From contig CAVYVZ010000008.1 in NCBI GenBank assembly GCA_963772065.1, forward strand, positions 421,645-485,644: a stretch of DNA of 64,000 nt. The letters are read 5' to 3'. Shown piece by piece: positions 41,232 to 52,250 of the stretch (the first letter of the stretch is position 1; each line of letters starts with the position of its first letter). Below the pieces are notes generated by a model. The model did no database searches. It was not told where the DNA came from and saw nothing but the letters and a program-made list of their open reading frames with translations. A program made the translations under genes and the position numbers. Source of the stretch: an uncultured Acidobacteriota bacterium (GTDB taxonomy: Bacteria; Acidobacteriota; Vicinamibacteria; Vicinamibacterales; UBA2999).

Positions 41232-42311
41232 CTAGCGCTTCAGCGTCACCCTCTGCACACGCCAGTTCGTCATCTCTCCGACGAGCAGCTCGTTCTCGTT
41301 GCGGCAGTCGATCGAGTTCGCGAGACCGAATTCCTTCGGCAGCTTGCCAGCGGACCCGAACCTGCCGACGACCTTTCCATCGAGCTGCACCTTGTAGATG
41401 GCCGCGTCGTCCATGCCGTCCTCGTCGCCGGCGTGCGAGACGTAGAGGTGCTGAATGGAACCGCGTGTGATGCACATCGCGAGCGGTGTCCCGACGTTTC
41501 CGAACTCCGACTTGAACGTGCCCTGCCCGTCGAACACCTGGATGCGCTTGTTGCCCGCGTCGGCGACGTACACGTTCCCCTGCGCGTCGATCGCGATCGC
41601 CTTCACGCCGTTGAACTCGCCCCGGCCCGCACCTGTGGAACCCCAGTGCGTGATGAAGCGGCCCTCCTGATCGAATTTCGCGACGCGGTTGTTCGTGCCG
41701 ATGCCGTCGGCGACGTAGATGTTGCCCGCGCGGTCCCACGCGACATCGGTGGGCTGGTTGAAACTGGATCCGGGAACGCCAGAGCCCGGCGGAGCGGCCG
41801 AGGCCGGAGGCGTCGCCGCCGGCGCGCCGCCAGGGGCCGCGGGCGGATTCGGGCGAACGGGGATCGTCTCCGGCTTTCGTCCGAGCACCAGCGTGACGCG
41901 CCCGTCGGAATCGAACTTCACCACCTGATTGGCCGCCGCGTCGATCGTCCAGACGTTGTCACGCGGATCGACGCGCAGCCCGATCGCCGCGTTGAACCCG
42001 TAGACATCCTGGCCGAGCTCGCGGACGAACTTGCCGTTCTGATCGAACTGGAAGAGGCGCGATCCGCCACGTGAGAACGTGCGGTTGTCCCCGACCGTGG
42101 CGTAGGGATGGCCCGTTCGCGTGTAGACGAAGATCTGTCCCTTCGAATTGGCGCCGACGCCAGCCACCTCGCCGACGTACATGTCGTTCGGCGTTTTCAG
42201 CAGGTCGGCGTTGACGTCGAATGCCACCTCGGGCACCGGCGATTGGGCGGCAAGCGACCCGCCCAGAGCCAGGACCGCGGCCAACGCGAGAGCGATGAAC
42301 GTGCGTGCCAT
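41232..42311 (-). CDS. Secreted NHL-repeat beta-propeller (peptidyl-alpha-hydroxyglycine alpha-amidating lyase-like)
   Basis: Signal peptide; FNQPTDVAWD..GNIYVADG...NRVAKFD..G.FI; VYVADAGNKRIQVFD. Confidence 0.82.
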   Translation of the reverse strand: MARTFIALALAAVLALGGSLAAQSPVPEVAFDVNADLLKTPNDMYVGEVAGVGANSKGQIFVYTRTGHPYATVGDNRTFSRGGSRLFQFDQNGKFVRELGQDVYGFNAAIGLRVDPRDNVWTIDAAANQVVKFDSDGRVTLVLGRKPETIPVRPNPPAAPGGAPAATPPASAAPPGSGVPGSSFNQPTDVAWDRAGNIYVADGIGTNNRVAKFDQEGRFITHWGSTGAGRGEFNGVKAIAIDAQGNVYVADAGNKRIQVFDGQGTFKSEFGNVGTPLAMCITRGSIQHLYVSHAGDEDGMDDAAIYKVQLDGKVVGRFGSAGKLPKEFGLANSIDCRNENELLVGEMTNWRVQRVTLKR

Positions 42312-42319
42312 GGCGTCTC

Positions 42320-43402
42320 CTACTCCTGACTCGTCGGCTTGATCGCCTGCGGCCGCAGCAGAATTTTCTGCGAGCGCCAGTTGTTGATCTCGGCGGTGTA
42401 GATGACATCGGGATCGCGGCAGTCCATCTGGTGGATGGTCGCGAATTCGCCGGCGGCCTTCCCCGCTCGGCCGAACTTCCCGACGATGGTGCCGTCGAGC
42501 TCCATCTTGTACACCTCGCCCGTGAACTCGGCGGCGGCGGCCGGTGCGCTGTCGGGCCAGGAGTTCGAGACATAGAGATACTGCTTCCCCGGGTTCTTCG
42601 GGCCGGGACCGCCCGACACGCAGACCGCCCAGGGGTTCCCGACGTTGGTGTAGTTCGCCTTCCAGTTCAGGTCGTTGTCGAGCACCTGGACGCGGGCATT
42701 CCCGCGGTCACCGACGTAGACATTTCCCTGGAAGTCCGTGGCGATCGAGTGCGGCGTGTTGAACTGCAGGTTGCCGTTGCCGCGCGTGCCGACGGCCTTC
42801 ATGAAGCGGCCGTTCTTGTCGTACTTGACGACGCGCGCATCGAAGTAGCCGTCGGAGACGAAGATGTGGCCCTGCTGGTCGAAGGCGACGTCGGTCTGCC
42901 GGCCGAAGCGGTACTTCGCGTTCCGGCCGTGGAAGCGGCCGCCGCCAGGCATGTTCGACAGCATGGCCACTGGATCCTCCCGCCGGCCGATCGTCAACAG
43001 CACCTTGCCTTCCGGGCTGAACTTGATGAGCATGTCGGTCCCTTCGTCGACGGCCCAGACGTTGTCCTGCGCGTCGACGCGCACCGAATGCGCGAAGGCG
43101 AAGCCGTAGTTGTTCCGACCGATCTCTCGCACGAAGCTGCCGTGCGGGGTGTACTCGAAGAGCCGCGTCTCGTAGGCGCGGTGGTAGATGTAAATCGTGC
43201 CCTTCGAGCTCGTGGCGATTCCCATGTTCTCGCCCGTGTAGATGCCGGGCGGGTTCTTGAAGAAATTCGCCACCGCCTCGTGCGGAATCACGGGGACGTT
43301 CGTCGCCGTCGCCTTCGTCTGGGCGGAGACGGGATGAAAGAGGAGCGATACCGTGCCGGCGAGCACGATCGCGCCCACGGACGCGGTCACGTAGGACTTC
43401 AT
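42320..43402 (-). CDS. Secreted NHL-repeat beta-propeller (PAL-like), paralog of the adjacent gene
   Basis: FAHSVRVDAQDNVWAVD; TDVAFD...VSDGYFDARVVKY; PHSIATD...GDRGNARVQV. Confidence 0.82.
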   Translation of the reverse strand: MKSYVTASVGAIVLAGTVSLLFHPVSAQTKATATNVPVIPHEAVANFFKNPPGIYTGENMGIATSSKGTIYIYHRAYETRLFEYTPHGSFVREIGRNNYGFAFAHSVRVDAQDNVWAVDEGTDMLIKFSPEGKVLLTIGRREDPVAMLSNMPGGGRFHGRNAKYRFGRQTDVAFDQQGHIFVSDGYFDARVVKYDKNGRFMKAVGTRGNGNLQFNTPHSIATDFQGNVYVGDRGNARVQVLDNDLNWKANYTNVGNPWAVCVSGGPGPKNPGKQYLYVSNSWPDSAPAAAAEFTGEVYKMELDGTIVGKFGRAGKAAGEFATIHQMDCRDPDVIYTAEINNWRSQKILLRPQAIKPTSQE

Positions 43403-43442
43403 GGAATCTCCCAGGGAGGCGGGCGTTGCGCCGCTGAGGCCT

Positions 43443-44615
43443 TTACCGTTCGAAGGTGTAGTCGACGGACACCGACGGCGTCAGCCTCGAGCGCAGTCCG
43501 GCGTCGGTGACCCGGATGAGCAAGTTCGTGTTCAGCAGCCAGGTGCGGGCGACGTTCCACTTCGCACCGGTCGCGACGAACATGGTGTGGATACCGCGGT
43601 CTGCCGGCAGCCATCGCATCGTTTCCACACCCTGCAACACCGGATGCGGCTGATACACATCGCGCACGTGGCCAAGCTCCGCAAGGCGACGGCCCATCAG
43701 CTCGCCGATAATCGTCACATGCGAGCTGGCGGCAAACGTCGTTGCCGTGCTCCAGAACACCTCGCGCGAGACGCCACCGACGCCGAATCCGCCGTTGAGG
43801 TGCACAGCGAGCTGGCCTTCCTCCCACGATCCGACGGCGAGCGTGCGCAGCGCGCCCTTTTCCGTTCCCAACAAATCGATTTGCCGACCCGTGGGCATCC
43901 GCCAGTCGGCGCCAACCGATAGTCCACGACCACCGCTCCCTGCGACCAGATACCGCCCGTTCACGACAATGTCGCCAAGACCGGTTGACGAGCCTGACTG
44001 CCGCGACTGAAGCGACGGCACGCCGTTGACCGTGCGCACGCGCGTGCCGCTGAACCTGACATTGGCGAACGGCACGATCGCACCGACCGTCAGCCTGTCG
44101 GTGACGCCATAGGTGACAAATGGCGTGATGGTGCGCGCGACGAGATCGAGCTGCAGCGTATCGACGCTGAACGGATCGACGGCGCCGGTGTTTCTCGCCG
44201 CATTGGTTGGAAAGGTCCCATTCTGCAGATCGGCTCCCTGCAGCGTGGCGAAGTTCGCATATTGATATCCCACGCCGAACGATGCCTGGCCGCGGCTGTT
44301 CCGCCGTGCCCGTTCCGTGAAGAACGGACCGAATTCATTGCTGGCCCGTTCGAACATGCCGAGATCGGGTCGGAACTGGTACACAAAGCCGCCGGTCGAC
44401 GCCGCAGTCGGCACCGTGGCCAGCTCGATCAGGAACAGCGCCGCGACCGTGTCGCGCGTCGCATCGGCGGCTGCCTGGTCGGGGACATAGACGCCGGACG
44501 CCTGCTGCTGCGTCAACAGGTCGGACAAGCGTCCCAGCAGGGGCTGCGCCGTGGCAACCGTGCTGCTGAGGAGGCAAAGCGCGAATGTGAGCGCGGCGAC
44601 AACGCCTTTCGCCAT
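43443..44615 (-). CDS. Putative outer-membrane beta-barrel (transporter-like) protein
   Basis: Signal peptide; FGPFFTERA; TGLGDIVVNGRY; RMPTG...LLGT; amphipathic strands ending VDYTFER. Confidence 0.65.
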   Translation of the reverse strand: MAKGVVAALTFALCLLSSTVATAQPLLGRLSDLLTQQQASGVYVPDQAAADATRDTVAALFLIELATVPTAASTGGFVYQFRPDLGMFERASNEFGPFFTERARRNSRGQASFGVGYQYANFATLQGADLQNGTFPTNAARNTGAVDPFSVDTLQLDLVARTITPFVTYGVTDRLTVGAIVPFANVRFSGTRVRTVNGVPSLQSRQSGSSTGLGDIVVNGRYLVAGSGGRGLSVGADWRMPTGRQIDLLGTEKGALRTLAVGSWEEGQLAVHLNGGFGVGGVSREVFWSTATTFAASSHVTIIGELMGRRLAELGHVRDVYQPHPVLQGVETMRWLPADRGIHTMFVATGAKWNVARTWLLNTNLLIRVTDAGLRSRLTPSVSVDYTFER

Positions 44616-44679
44616 GTTCTCTCCTGCGATGAACTGATGATTCAAACCGGAGTGGACTTCGCGCGGTCCGCACCCGAAC

Positions 44680-45667
44680 TCATGACTCGCTGCGGGACGG
44701 CGGGGGGCCCGAAATCTCTGACGCGACGATCTCGTCGATCTTCCACTCGTCTCCAAGTTTGCGCATCCGGAACAGCCACTGCTGATGCGCCGAGCGCGGA
44801 ACGGGGCTGCCAATCCTTCTCACGTACTGAATCGTTCCCCGGCAGCGCGCCGTCGCTACTGAATCGACGACCTGCACGTCGCACTGCTCGAACGCCAAGC
44901 CCTGCGACTTGATCGTCGCGAAGGCGCGCGCCAGCGCGCGGCGATCGACGGAGGGCCAGATCGCCGCCGTGGCCTGCACGTCGAGCGCCTTGTACGCCTG
45001 CTCGTAGTCGCGCAGGGTCCCGAGCACACCATTCCGCTCTATCGCTGCGCGGGATATCACCGCGGCGGTCGCGGCGGCGGGAATCTCGCGAGCCGGCGCA
45101 GCAGGCGGGGGCGCAGCATCCAAGAGGCCCGGTGACGAGGGAATGACGACCGGCGGCGTGGCAGCGACCCCCGGCACCACGAGTGTCGTGTGCGTACCGG
45201 CGATCTTGCCCGCACTCAACGTCGCTGCGCTCGCGCGATTGGTGCCTGGAGCTGGTGTCTCGTGTCGGACCGTCCCCATGTTGGACGTGGGGGTCGCCAC
45301 GACAGTGGATGCTGTCGCCACGACCTCCCGTGTCGTGAATGCCGGCGTGCCCGCATCCGGAGCCAACTCGATCATGATGGGGTGCGCCGTATTCGGCAGC
45401 AGGCCCGCGCGAGTCGGTGAAGCAGGAGCGCCCTTGGTCCACGCTGAATCGAGCGGTACGGAGCAGCCCCCAGGCGAACGTCACTCCGAGAGCGAAGGCG
45501 AGCATGACCAGAGCGCCGCGCCGAACGGTGATCGCGTGAAGCACGCGCGCGGGCCTCGAGGAAGCGCCCGTCTCCACGAGGGGATCACTCTCATCTGACT
45601 TCTGTCGAGAGAGATCTGCCTCGCTAGCAAACGCATCCAGCGGCTGTTGGTCCTTGTCGTTTGCCAT
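44680..45667 (-). CDS. Membrane-anchored hypothetical protein (Ala/Pro linker, C-terminal NTF2-like domain); frameshifted
   Basis: TM segment near the N-terminus in ORF 44642-45667; C-terminal LRDYEQAYKALD...WLFRMRKLGDEWKIDEI in ORF 44680-45375. Confidence 0.6.
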
Positions 45668-45842
45668 GGTCCAGGCCCCCCTGGGGAACTGAAATATTAA
45701 GTCAAGACAGGGCTCCGCTGCGCACGAATCCGTTCCCTCCAGCTATCTCGTCCATTGCTCCGAACAACAGGTCAGCCGTCCAGCGGCCTTAAGTCGCTGT
45801 GCGGCAGGATTACCCACCGCACAGCGAAGGAGAGGCTCCTGT

Positions 45843-48800
45843 TTAGAACTCGACGCGCAGCGTGTACTGCAGCTGCCGGCCGAAGTAGGCATCGGCCTGG
45901 CGAAGCACCTGACCGAAGTCGGATGCGCCGATCGTGGTCGACGGGTTCGCCCAGTTCATGCCGTTCAGCAGGTTGTAGGCCTCCAATCGCAGGTTCAGCC
46001 TCACGTTCTGTCTGAGCGGAACGCGCTTGGAGAGCGCAAGGTCCACGTTCGTATAGCTCGGTCCCGTGAGGCCGTCGTACTGCCACGGGTTGGCGCGCCG
46101 GGTGAACGCGGGCAGCCGATCGAAGCCGGCGGTGTCGAACCAGAACTTGCCCGCCCCGACGTCACCGACCGTGTTCGGAGTCGCGGACGGCGCGAGCATG
46201 CTGTTGAAGCGCAGGAACTGTCCCGACTCGTAGCGATAGACGGCGGCGATTTCCCAGCCGCCGACCACCGCGTTGAGGGCGGGGCTCATGTTGCGTGCCG
46301 AGCAGCCGATCACGGCCGATCGGCACGTCCAGGACGGTCGAGATGTTCATCCGGTGACGCGGATCCTGGAAGTCGGTCCACGTCCAGTTCTCGTCGTATT
46401 CGTCGACGTTGTCGTAGAACTCCTGGCGCGATCCGCGCACGTAGGCGTAGCCGGCGAGCACCGACAGACCCTGAAGGAACGGCCGCTGCGCCCGAAGTTC
46501 GAACGTGTGATAGCGCGACTCCCGGCCGTTCGTCCAGTCCTGCATCAGGCTGAGATACTGCGGGTACGGCTTGAGCAGGTCAGACCGAGGCACGGTTGGG
46601 CGCGTGCGGAGCTGACCCGGGAACGTCTCCACCGTGCCGTAGTTGAAGAACGGGTTGGGCACGGCCTGAGTCAGTTGCGCGCCGTACTGGAAGCTCAGAC
46701 GCGGGTCCATCATGTTGAGGTTCTTCGTATAGCCGTCACGGCCGATGAAGTTCAGCAGATACGAGACATCGAGGATCGTGCGCGCCCACACCTCGCGCTG
46801 CACGGAGAAGCTCACGCGATCGCTGATCGCGGGCCGCTGCTGATACTCGTCCCACCGCACGTTGTCGCCGAGCCCCGTGTAGGTCCCGTATCGCTTGCCG
46901 TAGGCGAGGCGTGAGACCCTGCGGAAACGGGTTCGAGAGCTGCGCCTGCGGCACGCCCTGAACTTCGGGCGGCACCGAGGTGACAGGGCTGAACGCCGCG
47001 AGATTCGAGCTGGCCCATGGTGTCGTTCTGATCGACCAGCATCTGCGGCGTGTAGAACCGGCCATAGCCAACGCGAACCGCCGTCTTGTCGTCGAGGCTC
47101 CACGCGAGCCCCAGCCGCGGCATGAACTGCGTGAGCCTGGCCTTGACGTTGCGCGGGTTGTCCTCGTCGGTGAAGTAGAAGGCGCCGTTGTAGTTGTAGG
47201 TTTTCTGCCCGGCCGACTGCGCCATGATCGCGCGCACATCGGCGGGAATGCGCGGGTCGATCGCCTGCTGCATGCCTGGGATCGGCTGCGCGAGATCCAT
47301 GTCGCGCGGCAACGGTAGGACGGGTCGAACAGACCGCCCTCGTATTCCCAGCGCACGCCCAGGTTCAGCGTCAGCTTGTCGCGAATCCGGAAATCGTCCT
47401 GGATGTAGAGCGCGTACATCTCGGTGTCCGACTTCTGCATCGGCACGTATTCGGCGGTCGAGGTCGGCTTGCGCCGGTTGTGTCGAGCGCGCCGAGCAGG
47501 AAGCTCGCCCACGGATGTCCCACGCGCTGCAGGTTCGGTGCGTTCGTCGTATCCGCCGTCGCATTCCCATTGACGAAGAAGTTGAAGAAGCGGAAGCGGG
47601 CCGCCTCGCCGCGTTTCCAGCGGACTTCGCTGCCGGCCTTGATCGAGTGGCGCTGCAGGTACTTGTTGAAGCGGCCGTGCAGGCTGTAGCCCTCGGGAAT
47701 CTGCCACCACGCGCTGTCCACGCCGTAGGTGCCGTAGTTCCCCATGTTGATCGCGGGGAAGTAGAGAATCGGCCGGCCGCTCCATGTACGGCTCGGTACC
47801 AGCCGTTCGGCCACAGATCGCGGTAGTCATCGGGCGTGAGCGACAGGTCCGGGTAGTCGCGCTTGTCCTCGACCTGGTAGTACGCGCCGCGCAGGTTGAA
47901 CGCCGTGTTCGCGTTCATGGTGTAGACGGCGTCGGCGGCGATGTTCCAGCCGTTGCGCTTGCTGCCTTGCTGCGGCCGAAGCTTGAACGGGTCGCCGCCG
48001 CCCGTGTAGTCGGGCATGTCCTGATCGGTCTTGAACCGGCTCACTCGAGCGAACGTCTTCCAGCGATCGCTGATGTTCCAGTCGAGTCGCGTGGAGAAGT
48101 TCAAGTAGCAGAAAGTCCATCTCCTGGTTGTATTGAAGTTGTTCAACCCGGTGAGGTCGTCGCCCGGCGCTGTTCGGGCGTCCAGAAGCTGCCAATGAGG
48201 CGCGCGGCGAGCGGATCCCATCGCTCGCGCGGAATGCGGTTGCCCGGAAACGGATCGCGGATGATCGTCCGGCCGTCGGCGGCGAAGCGTGACGTCCACG
48301 GGTCGTAGATCACGCGCAGCGAGCCGTCGCGGTTGATCGACTGCGAGAAGTCGCCCTGCCGCTCGAGCTCGGTCGGCAGCGTCAGCGTTCGCGGCAGCAC
48401 CTCCGTGACGCGCGCGAGACTCGAACGTGCCGAACAGAAACACCCTGTTGCGGCGGAGCGGCATGCCGAGCGTGCCGCCCACCTGCCCGTAGGTATTGTC
48501 GCTGTGCTGCCGCGTACACCCGGTTGGTCACGGCATTCCAGTCGGGATTGCGTCCGACGAAGTAGCCCGAGCCGCGGTACTGGTTCGTCCCCGACTTCAT
48601 CGACATCGCTGATGATGCCGCCGGCGCTGTGGCCGAACTCCGCGTCGACCGCATTGGTGGCCACGTTGAACTCGGCGATGGCATCCATCGGCGGCGTGTA
48701 GGCGACTTTCGGCCCCGCCTCGAGCGGCGTGCCATCGAGCAGGACATCGTTGCGCCGAAAGGTGCCGCCGCCCACGTCCATGTCGTTGCCGGCCCAGTGG

Positions 48801-49330
48801 TGGTACGGCGACGTCTCGTTCTTGTTGCCGGCGTTGCGGACGACGGGGCTGAGATAGGCAAGCTGCGTGGGGTTGCGGCTGATGATCGGTAGCGACTGCA
48901 CCGCCTTCTGGTCGAGCGTGAGATCCTTGCTGCTGGTGTTGAACTGAATCGCGACCGGGCTGTGCTCGACCGTCACCGTTTCGGTCAGGCCGGCGATCTT
49001 CATCGTGACGTCGACGGTGACGTCGCCGCGCGCCTGGACGAGCACGTTGCGCTGCACCACCGTCGCGAAGCCGCTGAGCTCCGCGGTGAGCGTGTAGGTG
49101 CCGGGGTCGACGTAGTCGAAGAGATACCGTCCCTCGGGCCCGGTCGTCCTCGTGACGACGACGCCGGTCGCGTCGTTGCGCAGCGTGACCTGCGCGCCAG
49201 GCAGTGCGAGCCTGCGCCTCGTCGGTGAGGCTGCCCTGCACACGGCCGCGGTACTCCTGCTGCGGAGCGCGGGCGCGGTCAGCAGCAGGGCCGCCGCGAA
49301 CGCCCACAGCCATCGACGCATCGACCTCAT
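45843..49330 (-). CDS. TonB-dependent receptor (Oar-like); heavily frameshifted
   Basis: Fragments: GAQVTLRN...GTYTLTAELSGF, DAEFGHSAGG, MKSGTN, YIQDDFRI..KLTLNLGVRWEY, RQLQYTLRVEF. Confidence 0.85.
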
Positions 49331-49479
49331 CGCTCCTCCTCTGTATCGCGCCAAGGCGGGAAACACGCCCCAGCCGGGCCGGAAATTACGCCTGTTATGG
49401 GTGGGTGTCAAACAACCTGCGTTACGCGACGCCGGGTGGCGGGATCAAATCTGGTGCGCCCAGCGCTCAGCGCATCGAT

Positions 49480-49821
49480 ATGATTACGTCCGTGGATGTC
49501 TTGACGTTCGAAGCGTCGCTGAAGCAGCCCGCTCCCCCGGCGGGCGTCTCGCGCGCGCTGGAGGCGCTCTGGCACGAACGCCACGGCGACTGGGACCGTG
49601 CGCACACCCTCGCGCAGGAGATTGCCGGCGCGGAGGGCGCCTGGGTCCACGCGTACCTGCACCGCCGCGAAGGCGATCAGTCCAACGCCGAATACTGGTA
49701 TCGCCAGGCGTCGAAGCCAGTCATGGCCGGCGACCTCGATGACGAGTGGCGCGCGATGGTCGAAGCGCTGCTGGATCAGGCGACGGAGAGCGACGCCGCC
49801 ACACCCAGAAAGCGCCCGTAG
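49480..49821 (+). CDS. Conserved small helical hypothetical protein
   Basis: LEALW...GDWDRAH..AQ...AWVHAYLHRREGD.SNA.YWY. Confidence 0.75.
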   Translation: MITSVDVLTFEASLKQPAPPAGVSRALEALWHERHGDWDRAHTLAQEIAGAEGAWVHAYLHRREGDQSNAEYWYRQASKPVMAGDLDDEWRAMVEALLDQATESDAATPRKRP

Positions 49822-50852
49822 CGCGCCGCCTCTTCAGCGAGTGCTCCGCGCTCGGGTTTCGTCAGACGTCGCAGCGGGGCGACGTTCAGAAGAACCTGGT
49901 TCGATGCCGTCGCCGTTCTCCATGCGCCGGCGACCTGACCGGCGACGACCAGCGGATGCACGAACATCATGGCTCCCGTGGGAGCTGTCACCATCGACGG
50001 CCCATGCGGCACCGCGTCACGATCGCGGTATGCGATCAGGTACTCGTCGTACACGGGAAGCAGATGAACACCGGCTCCACTCGGCGCGCCGCGCGGCGGG
50101 CGACCGAGCGTCCAGTAGACGAGGCCATCGACGCTTTCTTGCCGCGCCCGGTTGATCTCGAGCCCGCGCTTCGTGTCGGCCGTCCGAAGGCCGGACCACC
50201 AGACGAAATCACGAATCGTCGCCGGACCGTGGCTGGTGAAAAATCGCCGCGTCAACTCGGCGAGCGCTTCGTCGCGCGGCAGCCGGCGCGCGAGCGGCGC
50301 GCGCTCGGCGACGAGCGCGTACGTGAGTTTCTTGTCTCGTCGCGGCCCGCTGCAGATCACACCCTCGAGCTCGGCGTGCATCGTCATGTGCGCCAGACGC
50401 TGGCCTTTCATCGGCGCCAGGCCGGCGCGTTCGAGACGAAGGCCCAGTTCCGGACGCGTCAGGTAGGTGCCGTCCCGCAGGGACCGCTCGATCACGGTGG
50501 TGCCCCGCGTCAGGATTCTCGCGTCCAAATCGAGGTGCCGATTGTAGTGCGCCATCGTGCGATGCACGTGCGGCGCGGTGAGCTCCAGCATCCACCGGAT
50601 ATCCGACGGCGTCACGAAGTGCCATGTCGGGCGCATCACGTGGGTGCGGAGGATCCGGCCCTCGTCGCATTCGCGCTCGATGTCGGCGTCGATGGTGCCT
50701 TCGGGCATGCGCAGCGCGAGCCCCCACCGCGCGAAGGGATACTCCTGCGCCTGCACGGCGCCCAGCCATGCCACGATATCGGCAGGGCGCCGCCGCCCTG
50801 CCCGGGTGATGTACTGGTTCCGAAGTCTCTGCTCGGCGATTGCGCTCTTCAC
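49776..50852 (-). CDS. AlkZ/YcaQ-family (HTH_42) winged-helix DNA glycosylase
   Basis: GAVQAQEY (QxQ motif), LRTHVMRPTWHFV, HGPATIRDFVWWSGL, LLPVYDEYLIAY. Confidence 0.85.
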   Translation of the reverse strand: MKSAIAEQRLRNQYITRAGRRRPADIVAWLGAVQAQEYPFARWGLALRMPEGTIDADIERECDEGRILRTHVMRPTWHFVTPSDIRWMLELTAPHVHRTMAHYNRHLDLDARILTRGTTVIERSLRDGTYLTRPELGLRLERAGLAPMKGQRLAHMTMHAELEGVICSGPRRDKKLTYALVAERAPLARRLPRDEALAELTRRFFTSHGPATIRDFVWWSGLRTADTKRGLEINRARQESVDGLVYWTLGRPPRGAPSGAGVHLLPVYDEYLIAYRDRDAVPHGPSMVTAPTGAMMFVHPLVVAGQVAGAWRTATASNQVLLNVAPLRRLTKPERGALAEEAARYGRFLGVAASLSVA

Positions 50853-51224
50853 GGACGACGACGGCTCCGGGCTCGCGCTTCGTTTTCCTTGACCCGCGCC
50901 TTCACGAGCTTTCGAATGAGGCCGGCGGGGAGCGGCCGTTCCGGAGTGAAGCGAATCGTTCCTTTCGACGTCTCGTGACGATGCGAGCTCGCGTTGAAAG
51001 CCGTCCAGGAACGTCGAGCTCATCACGAAGAAACTGCAGCCTGCCTTCGATGCGCCGAAGCCTACGAGCATGCCGTGATGTTTGTACGCCGGGACGCCAT
51101 AACTGATTCCCTCAGACGCCTCCGGTGCCACGGCCTTGATGGCCTTCCGGATGTTCTGGAGTGTCTTCCGCACTTTATCAGGCACGGCCGCCAGGTACCG
51201 ATCGACCTCATTGATCTGATTCAT
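50849..51224 (-). CDS. DUF1801 (YdhG-like) protein; frameshift near 50980
   Basis: VDRYLAAVP...APEASEGISYGVPAYK; the shifted frame gives SKGTIRFTPERPLPAGLIRKLVKAR and a GTGA overlap at 50849. Confidence 0.8.
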
Positions 51225-51234
51225 GGAGCTGCTC

Positions 51235-51710
51235 CTAACCGAACAGCACCGGGATCTGGTGAATTTGCAGCTCGTCCAGCACACCGGCCTCGAGCGCCCG
51301 CTGCGCCGTGTACGCGCCCTGCACCAGCACGTTCCGGTCCCCGGCGGCTGCCTTCGCCTGTGCCATCGCGCTGGCGATCCCATCGGTCACGTACGTCACC
51401 AACGGATAGTTCGCGACAGACACGCCAGGCGGCCGGTGACTGGGCACGAAAATCGGGACTCCGTGAACATCACCTTTCCAGTGATCGATCTCTCCGCGGT
51501 ACGCCGACCCACCAGCACCGCGCCGGTCGCGTTCCATTCGTCCCACAATTGTCCGGCCGGCCCGGACGGCCGGCCGAACTCCCCGTCCGGAGCGACGATC
51601 CACTCGTGCAGCCGGTCGAAGCCGTCGCCGCCGGGGTGGCCCGGTTCGTCGTTCTGACCCGCGATGTACCCGTCGAGGGACATCGACATGTAGAGCACTG
51701 ATGCAGACAC
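51235..51710 (-). pseudogene. Dihydrofolate reductase / RibD C-terminal family protein, frameshifted and apparently C-terminally truncated
   Basis: YMSMSLDGYIAG...VLVGRRT; VLDELQIHQIPVLFG is followed at once by TAG, so the usual final strands are absent. Confidence 0.65.
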
Positions 51711-51756
51711 TTCGACCTCCGGTGGTCTCGATCCAAACTGGTTTACAGGACACGCG

Positions 51757-52164
51757 CTAGGCGGCCTTGGGATCCATCCAGAAGACTTCCCAGTGGTGTC
51801 CGTCGAGATCGTAGAAGCTCCAGCCGTACATGAAGCCGTGGTCCTGCGGATCCATGGCGTGCGTGGCACCGGCGGCAACGGCCTTCTTCACGAGATCGTC
51901 CACCTCCGCCCTGCTCTGACACGAGAGCGCGAAGAGTCCTTCGGTCTGCCGGAACGGGTCGCACAGCTCACGCCTGGTAAACGTCCTGAAGTACGGCTCG
52001 CGAAGGAGCATGACGAACGCGTCGTCGCTGACGATCATGCAGGCGGCGTTGTCGTCGGTGAACTTCGGATTGAACGTGAAGCCAAGCTTCGCGAAGAAAT
52101 CTATCGATTTCTTCACGTCGCGAACGGCCAGGTTGACGAAGATCTTGCGATGCGATTCTGCCAT
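51757..52164 (-). CDS. VOC / glyoxalase family protein
   Basis: IFVNLAVRDVKKSIDFF...FTDDNAACM...DHGFMYGWSFYDLDGHHWEVFWMD. Confidence 0.9.
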   Translation of the reverse strand: MAESHRKIFVNLAVRDVKKSIDFFAKLGFTFNPKFTDDNAACMIVSDDAFVMLLREPYFRTFTRRELCDPFRQTEGLFALSCQSRAEVDDLVKKAVAAGATHAMDPQDHGFMYGWSFYDLDGHHWEVFWMDPKAA

Positions 52165-52250
52165 GGTGCTCTCCGTGGTGTACCTGATCTCGGTTCGACA
52201 GATTGGACTCCGGCGAGGAGCCGAATTCATCGATCGCTCGATCAGCCTCG

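Noticed and set aside
49776-51383. Apparent DUF1801-AlkZ fusion (535-aa ORF)
   Set aside because: The DUF1801 C-terminus continues in another frame and stops in a GTGA overlap with the glycosylase start, so this is a frameshift artefact.
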